A stretch of DNA of 64,000 bases from Chiloscyllium plagiosum. Taxonomy: Eukaryota. The notes below the pieces were generated by a model. The model was not told the origin of the DNA and searched no databases. It saw only the letters and a list, made by a program, of their open reading frames with translations. The position numbers and the translations under genes were made by a program. How positions within the stretch are numbered: the stretch's first letter is position 1; each line of letters opens with the position of its first letter. The DNA lies in assembly GCF_004010195.1 (NCBI RefSeq), contig NC_057750.1, positions 12,065,144 through 12,129,143 on the forward strand, in the 5' to 3' direction. This document shows, piece by piece, positions 1-12,470 of the stretch.

Positions 1-2060
1 GGTCTGATAGGCAAATTGGAGTGGGTCAAGAGTAATGGGGAGGGTGGACTTGATTAATGCCATGACTAGAGAAATTGAGGTTATGGTTAAGAAAAAGAAG
101 GAAGCATATGTCAGGTATAGACAACAGAGATCGAGTGAATCCTTAGATTATAAAGGCAGTAGGAGTATACTTAAGAGAGAAATCAGGAGGGCAAAAAGGG
201 GACATGAAATAGCTTTGGCAAATAGGGTTAAGGAGAATCCGAAGGGATTTTATAAATATATTAAGGACAAAAGGGTAACTAGGGAGAGAATAGGGCCCCT
301 CAAAGATCAGCAGGGTAGCTTTTGTGAGGAACCACAGGAGATGGGGGAGATACTAAACGAGTATTTTGCGCAAGTGTTTACTGTGGAGAAGGACATGGAA
401 GATATAGAATGTGGGGAAATAGATGGTGACATCTCGAAAAATGTCCAAATTGCAGAGAAGAAAGTGCTGGATGTCTTGAAATGCATGAAGGTGGATAAAT
501 CCCCAGGACCTGTTCAGGTGTAGCCTAGAACTCTGTGGGAAGCTAGGGAAGTGATTGCTGGGCCTCTTGCTGAGATATTTGTATCATTGATAGTCATAGA
601 TGAGGTGCTGGAAGACTGGAGTTTCGCTAACGTGGTGCCACTTTTTAAAAAAGGTGGTAAGGATAAGACAGGGAACTATAGACTGGTGAGCCTGACATCG
701 GTGGTGGACAAGTTGTTGGAGGAAATCCTGAGGGATATGATTTACATGCATTTGGAAAGGCAAGGACTGATTAGGGATAGTCAACATGGCTTTATGCGTG
801 GGAAATCATTTCTCCTGAACTTGATTGAGTTTTTTGAAGAAGTAACGAAGGGCATTGATGAGGGCAGAGGGTGAATGTGATCTACATGGACTTCAGTAAG
901 GCGTTTGACATGGTTCCCCATGGAAGACTGGTTAGCAAGGTCATATCTCATGGAATACAGGGAAAACTAACCATTTGGATACAGAATCTGCTTGAAGGTA
1001 GAAAACAGAGGGTGGTGGTGTTGGGTTCCTTTTCAGACTGGAGGCCTGTGACCAGTGGAGTGCCACAAGGATCAGTGTTGGGTCCCCTGCTTTTTGTCAT
1101 TTATATAAATAATTTGGATATGAACATAGGAAGTATAGTTATTAAGTTTACAGATGACACCAAAATTGGAGGTATAGTGGACAGTGAAGAGGGTTACCTC
1201 AGATTACAACAGGATCTGGACCAGATGGGCCAATGGGCTGAGGAGTGGCAGATGAGGTTAATTTAGATAAATGTGAGGTACTACATTTTGGAAAGGTAAA
1301 TCAGAGCAGGACTTATACACTTAATGGTAAGGTCCAGGGGAGTGTTGCTGAACAAAGAGACCTTGGAGTACAGGTTCATAGTTCGTTGAAAGTGGAGTCG
1401 CAGGTAGATAGGATAGTGAAGAAGGCTTTGGTATGCTTTCCGTTATTGGACAGAGCAATGAGTATAGGAGTTGGGAGGTCATGTTATGGCCCTACAGGAC
1501 ATTGGTGAGGCCACTTTTGGAATATTACATGCAATTCTGCTCTCCTTCCTATTGGAAGGATGTTGTGAAACTTGAAAGGATTCAGAAAAGATTTACAAGG
1601 ATATGGCCAGGTTTGGAGATTTTGAGCTATAGGGAGAGGCTGAATAGGCTGTGGCTGTTTTCCCTGGAGCATTGGAGGCTGAGGGATGACATTATAGAGC
1701 TTCATAAAATCATGAGGGGCATGGATAGGATAAATAGACAAGGTCATTTCCCTGATTTGGGGGGAGTTCAGAACCAGACGGCATAGGTTTCGGGTGAGGG
1801 GGAAAAATTTAAAAGGGACCTAAGGGGCAACATTTTCATGCAGTGGGTGGTGTGTGTATGGAATGAGCTGTCAGAGGGACTGGTGGAGGCTGGTACAATT
1901 ACAACATTACTGGATGGATATATGAATAGGAAGGGTTTGGAGGGATATGGGCCAAGCGCTGACAAATGGGATTAGATTAGGTTGGGATATCTGGTCGGCA
2001 TGGACGTGTTGGACTGAAGGATCTATTTCTGTGCTGTATATCTCTCTGACTATGACTCTA
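1..2060 (+). mobile_element. CR1-clade LINE, ORF2 reverse-transcriptase region plus 3' UTR, frameshifted
   Basis: Consecutive ORF pieces KSPGP, NYRLVSLTSVV, SQHGF, DFSKAFD, GVPQGSVLGPLLF, FTDDTK, RPLLEY. Ends in a CR1-type tail ctgtgctgtatatctctctgactatgactcta. Confidence 0.93.
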
Positions 2061-2460
2061 AATAACAAAAAGGATTGATGAGGTCAGAGTAGTGGACGTG
2101 ATCCATATGAATTTCCTCATATGGTTAGCGAGATTAGATCACATGGAATTCAGGGAGAACTAGCCATTTGGATACAGAACTGGCTTGAAGGTAGAAGGCA
2201 GAGGGTGGTGGTGGAGGGTTGCTTTTCAGACTGGAGGCCTGCGACCAGTGGTGTGCCACAAGGATTGGTGCTGGGTCCATTGCTTTTTGTCATTTACATA
2301 AATGATTTTGATGTGAATATTGGAGATGTTGTTAATAAGTTTGCAGCTGACACCAAAATTGGAGAAGGTTACCGCAGAGTACAATGGCATCTTGATCACA
2401 TGGGCTGAGGAGTGGCAGATGGAGTTTAATTTAGCTAAATGTGAGGTGATGCATTTTGGA
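2061..2460 (+). mobile_element. Internally deleted CR1 RT fragment
   Basis: [19 protein letters not shown] and FAADTK; near copy of ~845-1290 with deletions. Confidence 0.88.
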
Positions 2461-3957
2461 TATCACGCTGTGGTACTACAATATAATGGGTACCGTTGCT
2501 GTGAAGTGCAGTTCAGACCCAGAGCTTGAGGAGCTGCAAATTGACTTGAGTCTTATTACAATTTCACTGACATTAGAGTTGTACTGGCCGGGACTTCCAT
2601 TCAATTTAATTCAGGGTGTTTATGAGCCTCTCCTGATGCTAATATGGAGTAAAATATTCACAGTATCAGCGCACACTGACTGAGAGCTGGCCAAGGGCAG
2701 AGAATTGCAAATGGCCTGGAAATGCTGGCACAAATGAGCTTGAAACCTGTCATCTGATGAAGTGTGATCGTATTGCAATTGGCTATGCAAGTGGGTGTTC
2801 CCCAGGAAATCTTTCTGAACAATTTAACTGTGCCTCTTTATCCTTTCATCGTTATGAAGATCTGGTCATTCGTAACAAGGGCAGGATTTTACTGCCCACC
2901 TCTGACTGCCCTGGGAAGGTCGGTGAGACCACCTCAGAGGGAAGTTAAGCATCAACAAGGTTTGAATCGACAAGGTTGTGGGGTCACGGGGCAAAGGTGG
3001 TAAATTTCTTTCCCTAAGGGGATCCTTGGCAGAAAGGACACGCCTACGGCACTCGATAATTGGTCAGCCGTCCTGGGGTGACCACCCAAAGAGAAACTTG
3101 TTCTTCTCTGGATTGCCAGTTTGGTGACACTAGACAATTGGTACCATGCACAGGTGCACTCTGTGACACATGCCCACAGTGTGGAGCTGGCAGCATTTGC
3201 AACAGATGGCTGTGAACTCTGATGCCCAGATTGCTTTGCATTTGAACCCCAGTGAGTTGCCTTTGAGATTGAAGCGGTGCCAGGCTTCCGGCTGCGTTGG
3301 TCAAGAATAACACAAATGGTGCTTTTGTTTCAATCTGCAATACCCAGGGCCTCTCTGCTCACAGAAGGTGCCAGTCTCCTCCCCCACACATCCTACCCGG
3401 CAATCGAGAGCAGTCAAGTGGCATTCAGCACAGCTTGGCAACAGTGACAGCAGCTGAAGGGTGCCATCTCTACTGTGAATGACACCAGCCATATGTTGGA
3501 TCATCTGCCGCAGTTTGAACAGGGAGATGCCACCTTCATGGAGAAAACATTGTTTGACATACGCAGCGTATCCATCACGGTGTGTAACATTTGGAAACTT
3601 CCTTCTCCAAGAAGAGGTTGATAATTATAATATAAGCACAATACATGACTGAAATAAATTGTAAACAGTCTCACTCACTCGTCAACCTTGTGGTCACTGA
3701 CTTACATGGCGCCCAGCTTGACAATGCTTCAAACCTTTCTCACTCACTCCCACTACTGCCCTCCAGCTGACAAGAACCTAAATTCTGGAATAATTCTCTC
3801 CAAACTGCTCTGTCCGTCTGTCTCTCTCATGTTCATTGAGAAGCTTCGTAAAATCCACCTCTCGCACTACCCCTTGGGCGCCTGCCCAATAGCTCTTTTG
3901 CTTGATCACACTTGTGACAAGTCTTGGGATGTTTAACTGTCTTGAAGGCTTTACATA

Positions 3958-4116
3958 CAGAGGAACCTTGATTATGTGAAGGACACGGGTGGGGAGTATT
4001 TCATTCGGTTAATCAATTGCCAGATGAAATACTTCAGCCAAGCGTCGGGGCCTTGTGATCTTGCTGGATAATCTGAAATTCAGAAAATTGAGTGCCGGAT
4101 AATCGAGGTTTCTCTG
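3958..4116. mobile_element. 159-bp MITE, Tc1/mariner-pogo (Tigger-like) type
   Basis: Terminal inverted repeats CAGAGGAACCTTGATTAT / ATAATCGAGGTTTCTCTG (16/18 complementary), flanked by TA on both sides. Confidence 0.75.
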
Positions 4117-4212
4117 TAAATTCAATTTGTGATAATGTTTGTCCAAAACATCTTGAGATATTCCAGTGATAAGGCATTACAAAAATGAAAGGATTAACTC
4201 TTTTTCTTCTCA

Positions 4213-4410
4213 GAGAGGTGATGGCGATGTGCTGGACTGTTAATCCAGAGACCCAGGGAATTCCAGATGGTGGAATTTCAGTTTAATAAAAATCTGCAAC
4301 TAAGGGTCTAATAATGACCATGAAAACACTGTTGATGTTGGAAAAACCCATCCAGTTCACTAATGTTCTTTTGGAAAGGAAACTGCCATCCTCACCCGGG
4401 TTGACTTTTA
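4213..4410 (+). mobile_element. Degenerate tRNA-head SINE (second SINE family); other copies near 14905-15075(-), 15440-15790(-), 21790-22385(-), 31545-31750(+), 51860-52060(-)
   Basis: Recurring motif string ctggact..taatccagagacccag...aataaaaatctg...tgaccatgaa...ggaaggaaa.tgcc shared between copies. Confidence 0.6.
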
Positions 4411-4824
4411 ACTGCACTCACATCCTGTGGACGAATAAAAAAAACAGAGCTATAAAACATTCAGTCTGAATTTTCCAAGATTCTGTGTCACTGAAGAGAA
4501 ATGGCAAAACCTTCCATCAGATAGGTTAAACAACTAGGTTTGTGGAGCAGAAGTTCTCTTGGTAGTGTTCAATCATTTAGTTTCTGCGCATCGCAACATG
4601 GATGATGATCTGTCCAAGGCCCAGATGATCATCAGCCATTTTTCCTCCTCTTTGTACCTGAGAAGCATTGCTCCATTTAGTTTGTGTTTAATATCCTAGT
4701 TGCCTTTTGACCTTCCTCAACGTGTGCAAGGTGGCAAAGCCCTGACTGAATTCCACAGTTAGCATAGGAAGTCAGATTTGGTGTGAGAAGTGCACCCAGT
4801 TTGAACAGGTTAATTAAAATATCT

Positions 4825-5034
4825 AGGGGAAAGTGAGGACTGCAGATGTTGGAGAGTCAGAGTCGAAAAGTGTGGTGCTGGAAAAGCACAACAGGTCAGG
4901 CAGCATCCGAGGAGCAGGGAAATACCATTTTGGGCGTAAGTCCTCATGAAGGGCTTACGCCTGAAATGTCGAATCTCTTGCTCCTTGGATGCTGCCTGAC
5001 CTGCTGTGCTTTTCCAGCACCACACTTTTAGATT
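4825..5034. mobile_element. Fold-back PLE terminal-repeat derivative (family A) with a decayed hammerhead motif
   Basis: ~80-bp inverted arms centred on TCATGA 4944-4949; ctcatga-a-gggc-ttac-gcct-gaaa-tg-tc; imperfect flanking duplication TTAATTAAA(A/G)TAT. Confidence 0.75.
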
Positions 5035-5389
5035 TTAATTAAAGTATTGACAACCGAGCCTCCGCAGTCAGAATGAGTTCTTCCAGATTTGGAAGGTTTG
5101 AAGTGGAAAGGACTGAAGGTGAAGAACCGAATACTAACAGAAAGAATAAAAATGGACTGTCTGACCTTATTAAACAATGGATGATATTAGAGATAGACAT
5201 GCACAGTAATGGAAAAAACCCTCCAAATGTGAGGTTTCATTAAGAATTGGAGGCAAATTCTGATAAGTTGGTCTTTATATTTTGTGTTGTAAATTTATAG
5301 GCACTTGATGCATCAACATAGACATTAGTCTTACAGTTCACAGCACTATTACAGCATTATTACTCTATATTTTACAGTAGGACTCCATT

Positions 5390-5800
5390 TGACCGTTTTG
5401 TTTGCACTAGCTCTCCAATTCATTTAGTGCCATTCTCCTGCCTTCTCCCCATAACCCTGCATAGCTTTTCTTTTCAAATTAGCATTAAATTTCCTTTTGA
5501 ATGCTCCACTTGAACCTGCCTCTACCACACTCTCAGGCAATGCATTCCAGATCTCAGCCATTTTGCCTGTGGCAGGAAGCTCATCATTGTGTTGTTTCTG
5601 CTTAATCTTACAAATTTTCTTCAAATCTGTGGCCTCTCATTATTAATCCTTTCACATGTGGGAACAGTTTCTCTCTATACGCTCAGTCCAGATGTCTCAT
5701 GATTTTGAATGACAACTTTCTCTCCTCCAGGAAAACACAACTAACTTCTCCAATCTATCTTCACAACTGAAATTCCTCATTCCCGAAAACATTCTCGCTC
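5390..5800 (-). mobile_element. Old CR1 3' fragment
   Basis: Minus strand reads EIWNALPESVVEAGS..AFKR..QGYGEKAGEW, the CR1 ORF2 C-terminus. Confidence 0.75.
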
Positions 5801-6252
5801 TGATTTGAAATCCAGCCCAGGATGCCACTATCTCTCATTTATTGGCTATAATGTTAATTTTTAAACTAAAATGGTGAGATGTGGATGTTGCTGGCTAAAC
5901 CATCCCAAATTAAGAGACAATCCCATTGCTGTGGGTCTAGAGGCACATGTAGGCTAGACCTGGTAAGGATAGCAGATCTCCTTCCATAAAGGGATGACTT
6001 TGATCTCTAACCATTCCTTCTGAGCATGTTCTTCTCCCAGGGGACACTGACCATCGGTGACTTTACCGGTGGGGGGGTTACGTGACCTGTGTATCGGTGA
6101 AAAGCCTGGGTCAGGGCTGAAATTCATGACTGAGGCAGAGTAGGAGAGTTTTACTCTGCCTCGGAAGACCATGTCCTAGGAGCTCAACTATACTTATTTT
6201 AATCAACCTGCTCGAAAATGTTATGTCACACCTCTGGAGCAGGTGAGACTTT

Positions 6253-6578
6253 TTAGATTAGATTCTCTACAGTGTGGAAACAGGTCCTTTGGCCCAACAA
6301 GTCCATGCCACCCCTTTGAGGAGAAACCCACCCACCCATACCCATTCCCCTACCCTATATTTATTCCTGACTAACGCACCTAACATTGTGGGCAATTTAT
6401 CATGGCCAATTCACCTGACCTGCACATCTTTGGATTGTGGGAGGAAACCGGAGCACCCGAAGGAAACCCACGCAGACACGGGGAGAATGTGCAAACTCCA
6501 CACCGACAGGCGGGAATCGAACCCAGGATCCTGGTGCTGTGAGGCAGCACTGCTAACCACTGAGCCACCATGCCGCCC
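6253..6578 (-). mobile_element. HE1-type V-SINE
   Basis: tRNA-like head, V-domain (tgtggagtttgcacattctccccgtgtctgcgtgggtttcc) and (TAATC)n tail on the minus strand. Confidence 0.9.
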
Positions 6579-7539
6579 AAACCTGGGTTTATTGACCCGG
6601 ATGTAATGAATGGATGATTTATTGTCACGTGTATCTCGGGAGATACTGTGAAAAGTGTTCTGTCATCACAATCATTTTGAGGTACAAAAGAATAAGAAGA
6701 AAGTACTTAAATAGAGTTATTAAACAAATGAAAGACATAACCACTGTGCTACAAGAGCCCCTCAGTTGTAAAGTTAACATACTCAGCTGAAATTGAGGCA
6801 GGCCAGAGACACAGACAGATGTTTGGTTTAATTTGGGGGCTGAGTTGTCTGATTCAGAAAATGTCTGCTCCCTGGGACTAACATTAATCGCATAAAAAGC
6901 CGAAAATTTACTTAATAAAATACGTCATTAAAACTGTATTAAGCTATACAGCCTAAACAGTTATTTTTTCAAACTATAACGAGTATAATAGAGAATCTTC
7001 TGTTTGATAAACTCCTACTTACATTTGAACAATGTACTCTTTGTTTATTGTCAAGAATGTGGAAATTTATTATTTCACTTCTTCACAGATACTCTGGAAC
7101 CTACCGCCAAAATCATTACCAGTTTTGGCAACTGAAGAGCCTGTTTTATATTCAGTTATATAAGGCACTGTCGAAGCCTTCTGCAAAAAGCATGAAACTG
7201 GGGGAAAGGCATAGGGACAGCAGGAGGCATTCAATCCCTCAATTCTCTTCCACATTCAATTACATCATGGCTTTGTTTACCCACCTTGATTCTGAATCCC
7301 TTATCACTGCTACCTGATAAAAGAAAATTATTATTTTGAAATTTTCTATTGACCTGCAGCCTCAACAGCAATCTTCTGGAAACAAATTCCGGACTTCCGC
7401 CTACCCTTCTTGTGAAGTAGTGCTCCTTGACATCACTCTTGAGCCTAGTTCTAATTTTAAGGTCATTGCCCCCACTTTCTGCACATGTCCACCAGAGCAA
7501 GTAGGTTTTCTCTGTCTAGATATTTTCTAATCAGTGTGT

Positions 7540-8352
7540 TCAGGGAGGTTACTAGCGGTGTTCCACAAGGATCTGTTTTGGGACCATTGCTGTTTGTCAT
7601 TTTTCTAAATGACCTGGAGGAGGGGTTAGAAGGTTGGGTGAGCAAGTTTGCGGATGATACGAAAGTCGGTGGAGTTGTTGACAGTGAGGAAGGATGTGTC
7701 AGGTTACAGCGGGATATAGATAAGTTGCAGAGCTGGGCAGAAAGGTGGCAAATGGAGTTCAATGTAGGTAAGTGTGAGGTGATTCACTTTGGTAAGAGTA
7801 ACAAAAAGATGGGGTACTGGGCTAATGGTCGGATACTTGGTAGTGTGGATGAGCAGAGGAATCTTGGTGTCCATGTACATAGATCTNNNNNNNNNNNNNN
7901 NNNNNNNNNNNNNNNNNNNNNNNNNNNNNNNNNNNNNNNNNNNNNNNNNNNNNNNNNNNNNNNNNNNNNNNNNNNNNNNNNNNNNNNNNNNNNNNNNNNN
8001 NNNNNNNNNNNNNNNNNNNNNNNNNNNNNNNNNNNNNNNNNNNNNNNNNNNNNNNNNNNNNNNNNNNNNNNNNNNNNNNNNNNNNNNNNNNNNNNNNNNN
8101 NNNNNNNNNNNNNNNNNNNNNNNNNNNNNNNNNNNNNNNNNNNNNNNNNNNNNNNNNNNNNNNNNNNNNNNNNNNNNNAATGCCTTGCCAGTAGCAGTGG
8201 TGGACTCTCCTTCATTATGGGCATTTAAACGTGCATTGGATAGGCATATGGAGGATAGTGGGCTAGTGTAGGTTAGGTGGGCTTGGATCGGCGCAACATC
8301 GAGGGCCAAAGGGCCTGTACTGCGCTGTATTTTTCTATGTTCTATGTTCTAT
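7540..8352 (+). mobile_element. CR1 LINE 3' portion spanning an assembly gap
   Basis: GVPQGSVLGPLLF, FADDTK and WQMEFN before the gap; NALP..AFKRALD and a (TTCTATG)n tail after it. Confidence 0.9.
7887..8178. other. Scaffold gap (292 N)
   Basis: Run of N. Confidence 1.
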
Positions 8353-8811
8353 GTTATTACACACCTCTGGAGCAGGTGACACTTGAAACTGGGCCTTCTG
8401 ACTCAAAGGTAGGGACTCTCCCAATGTACCACCAGAGCCCACTCTCTTGTCTTCTCTAGATACCCTTTCAACTTCAATCATTTTCTAAATTTCAATTGGG
8501 TCTGATCCAAGCAACCTATTGTCATTTTTCTGAATCTGTGCTGTGTGCGTCCATTCGAGGCAAGTGGCTCGAATTGAGTGTGGTACTCTAAACTGGATCT
8601 AAATAGAGGTTCATTTTGCATTTCAGAGTGATTGCCAGCGGTTGAGGCTGGTGGCAAGTTAGGTTAAACACATTGAGTTGAGAAGAGGACAAATGAATCT
8701 TTGATCTGAGCAGAAAATGTATTTGGAGGTGTTAGGTGAAGTAAACCATTGAGCTAAAAGAACCTTAGCAGATCAGTTCGACATGGCGGGCAATCAATAT
8801 ATTACAAAACA

Positions 8812-9205
8812 CAGTGTCAGCTATGGCCCAGTGACGTGGAAATCCAGGCTGACAACTACATAAAGAACTAAGTGCCTGCTGCTGTCTTTTGAATAAGATG
8901 CAAAACCAAGGACCTATTTGTCCTCATGGATGGGTATAAATAATCTATAGCACCATACTGAAGGACAGGCCGGTGATTCTCTAGTGTCCTGGCAATACTC
9001 ACCAATATTAGGAAAAGCACTTTCTGCTCATTACCATTGCTTTTGTAGGAGCTTGTTTCCTGAAGAATAGTTACAACTGAAACTTTGACTTGTCCACCTC
9101 CTGATGCTGCCTGGCTTGCTGTGTTCTTCCAGCCTCTTGCTTGTCTGTTTGCATATTAGCCGCCATATTTTCCTGTGTTACAAAAGTGCTTCATTGGTTT
9201 TGACA
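8812..9205 (+). mobile_element. Degenerate DeuSINE-like element interrupted by a PLE terminal fragment (9060-9147)
   Basis: Deu-domain-like gctgtcttttgaataagatgcaaaaccaagg...gtgtcctggcaata...cattgcttttgtaggagcttg. The insert begins ctgaaga-a-tagttacaact-gaaa. Confidence 0.6.
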
Positions 9206-9290
9206 ACTGGTATATCAGAAGTCGCTGTGGAATTGTTTACACATGCGCCTCACTTAGTTGTGAAATTACCTATAGTTCGTAGGACCAGAA

Positions 9291-9616
9291 TAGATTAGAT
9301 TACTTACAGTGTGGAAACAGGCCCTTCAGCCCAACAACTCCACACCGACCCTCCGAAGAGCAATCCACCCAAGCCCATTCCCCTACATCTAACACTACGG
9401 GCAATTTAGCATGGCCAATTCACCTAACCTGTACATTTTTGGACTGTGGGAGGAAACCGGAGCACCTGGAGGAAACCCATGCAGACACGAGGAGAATGTG
9501 CAAACTCCACACAGACAGTTGCCTGAGTCGGGAATTGAACCCGGGTCTCTGCCTCTGTGAGGCAGCAGTGCTAACCACTGTGCCACTGCGCTGCACACTG
9601 TGCCACCGAGCCGCCC
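9291..9616 (-). mobile_element. HE1-type V-SINE with duplicated 5' 20-mer
   Basis: Full head, V-domain and (TAATC)n tail. Confidence 0.92.
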
Positions 9617-10102
9617 AATGCATTTGATTTGTCTGAAAATTGGCATAAAATTATCTGTGAACTGCTGGCAGCCACTGGAGTCAAATGTGTGACTCCCTTC
9701 TGGACACTCTGACTAAGACTTTAACATGGCAAAGGAAAAGATTGATAATTATGGGCTTTACCAAAATGATTACTTTTTAAGTGGCAAGATGCCAATGAAG
9801 GAGGAATGTAGCTTGTTAAATGTCTAATTAATACCTCAACTTGTCTTATTAGTATTCAACTTTTTATCTTACCAAATGTGCCAAATAAGCTGGATCTTGA
9901 GCGTTCTCGACATGGAAGTCAGAACGGGTATCTGGTGACTTTAACTCACCGCTGGCTGCAATGAGCCACCATGTTGGTCAGCAGCGAACAGTGTCTCTGT
10001 GCATGGTCCATTAGCAACAGCCACTCGCATGCCTAGACAATGGACATTAGCTTCCAATATTTTCCAACCCCTTATTGGCACCCTTCCAATCTACTTTCAG
10101 GC

Positions 10103-10430
10103 ATGACTTGGCGGTGCTGGCGTTGGACTGGGGTGGACAAAGTTACACATCACATAACACCAGGTTATAGTCCAACAGGCTTATTTGGAAGCACTAGCTT
10201 TCAGAGCGCTGCTCCTTCATCAGGTGGTTGTGGAGTATAAGATCGTAAGACACAAAATTTAAAGCCAAAGGTGTCCAGTATCATGGTGATGTGATACATT
10301 AAACAATTTTAGATCAAATCTTCCATCTTTTAGAATGGGATATGCTAGTTTCTGTTCTTTGTTATGTAAAACCCAGAACTTCTTTTAAATTACGTTCTCA
10401 AGATAGCTCAGCTTTGCTAACAATAGGTGC
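10103..10430 (-). mobile_element. PLE terminal fragment (family B) with hammerhead motif at 10192-10226
   Basis: Minus strand reads CAC-CTGATGA-A-GGAGC-AGC-GCTCT-GAAA-GC-TA-GTG; same terminus as the copies at 19973, 21066 and 33027. Confidence 0.72.
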
Positions 10431-11314
10431 GTTATTGACTCATCGAGTGATGTTGCACAGAAATGAGTCATTTGGCCACTTGTGCTCATGTATGGGTCTG
10501 CAAATTTTTCCTTTTAACTATTTGCTTGATGACTTTTGGAAAGTTACTGCTAAATTCTGCTTCAACAGGCAGCACATTCCACATTATAATAACTCAACAA
10601 AGAAAACCTTCTCAAAGTCCCTATAAGATTATTTTTCTAGTTGTCAAGTAATTCAAGTCTATGGAGTTTGTCATGGTCTCACTGAGTAGCAGAACAGACT
10701 GAAGGGGTGAAATGACCTCCTCCAGTGTCGAAATGTGTATCATCTGGTTATTGACAATTCTGCCAATTGAAAATGTCTCTCCAACGTTATCCCACAAAAT
10801 TCTTTCATGTGTTGCCCCGTCATTAGCACATGTCAGTAACTCAAAGGTGTGTCAAGCCAGTGCTGCTACCTGCATAATGATCTACTAACTTGGAATATCT
10901 TGGGCTATGGGTGTCTCACCTATGCATTCCCACAGACTACTTGCTCCTTTTTTCTTCGTAAGGCTGTTCAACTCTTGATATGATGTTAGACTCCTATATC
11001 TATATCTGTACCATAGTTTTCAAATATAGTTCTCTAATGTAATGTTCAAGACTCCACTCTTCCACATCCTTACTCTAGACTGGCAGCTTCTCTTTTGCTG
11101 ATGCCAGTCATATCTTCAGTTACATCGTCATGATTTACATAAATCTCATTTACCTCCAAGTTTCTCTGTGATTAGCCTCATTTTAATTGCTTATTTTTAT
11201 CATTTTGCAGACTCTCAGGAGGATGATACCTGCTTTTTTGGGGCTAACTCATCTGACTGTATCAGAAGAATCCTTAACTAAGGCAGAAATTGCTGGAAAG
11301 ACTTAGATGCTGTA

Positions 11315-11640
11315 GGGTGACATGGTGGCACAGTGGTTAACACTGCTGCCTCACAGTGCCAGGGGATCCACGTTTAATTCCAGGCTGTCTATGTGGAATT
11401 TGCATATTCTCCCCATGTCAGCATGGGTTTTAACTGGGTGCTCTGATTTCCTCTAACAGTCCAAAGATGTGAGGTTTGGTGGATTGGCCATGCTAAATTA
11501 CCCTGTAGTGTTCAGGTGGATTAGCCATGGTAAATGTAGGATTATGAGGATAGAGTGGGACTGGATGGGATGATCTTCAGAAGATCAGTGTCCTTGATGG
11601 GTCGAATGGCTTCTATCTGCACGGTAGGAATTCTATGATC
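11315..11640 (+). mobile_element. Older HE1-type SINE nested in a PLE terminal fragment (~11280-11690)
   Basis: Diverged head and V-domain. The flanks join as gaaattgctggaaa...tatctgtggagaga...cccttcttcagaac. Confidence 0.82.
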
Positions 11641-11869
11641 CATAGTATCTGTGGAGAGACATTTTGAGTTTAGTGGCCCTTCTTCAGAACACTATCTGTA
11701 TATTGAATTGCTGCTTTGAAGAATCTCTGGTATAGTTGTCCGTAGGTATATTGTCCCTGATATTGCTTGCTCCTTGTTTCTCAGGTAGGTTCTTCAATCC
11801 TTACATTCTTTTATTTACATTTCTACCTAATAAGTTCTCAGATATAGGTCTCTAGTATAGCGTCTAAGA

Positions 11870-12470
11870 TTTCTTCATATTCTGCCAATTCCTCCATCAC
11901 TGTTGCATCTGTCCAGTGATGCCAACTTTGACAAGGGATCTCCTCAACCGAGGATTCCTCACCACTGTCTGGTTGGCAGCCATGTCCAACCAATCTCCCG
12001 CTCTTTGGCCCTCACTCCTTCTCTTCCCTCACACAACAGCAAGAGGATCCCCCTCAGACTCACTACCATCCCACCAGCATCCACATTCAAAAGGATCACG
12101 AGCCACCATTTCCGCGAGTTCAAGCTGAACACTAACAGCAGACACATATTCCCCTCCCTTCACTTGTCAGTCATCTGCAGGGACTGTTTCCTCCAGGGCA
12201 CCCTTGTCCACTTCTCCTCTCAACACCTCCTGGCACCCCCACTTCCTGAGCAATCACAAAGGTGTAACATCTGCCTGTTTACTTCCTCCCTCCTATCCAA
12301 GGCCCCAGACACACCTTCCAGTGAAGCAGCATTTTACTCCATCTAGTCTACTGCACTCCTTGCTCATAATGCGGTCTCCTCTACATTTGGGAGATGAAGC
12401 AAAGACTGGGTGATCACTTTGTAGAACATCTGTGTAGTGTCCGCAAAAATGACCCTGAGCTTCCCTGTTC
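11870..12470 (+). mobile_element. Decayed Penelope-like element (Neptune-type), RT C-terminus to GIY-YIG nuclease
   Basis: Across frameshifts: SSDANFDKG, LNRGF, HIFPSL..RD, RCNIC.FT (Cys linker), VKQHFT, RLGDHFVEHL.SVRKNDP. Confidence 0.7.

Noticed and set aside
35..1786. Functional reverse-transcriptase gene
   Set aside because: Multiple stops and frameshifts; a decayed CR1 copy.
6132..6162. 11-bp perfect hairpin GAGGCAGAGTA/TACTCTGCCTC
   Set aside because: Short, sits among decayed repeat fragments, and has no supporting context; not a terminator in a eukaryote.
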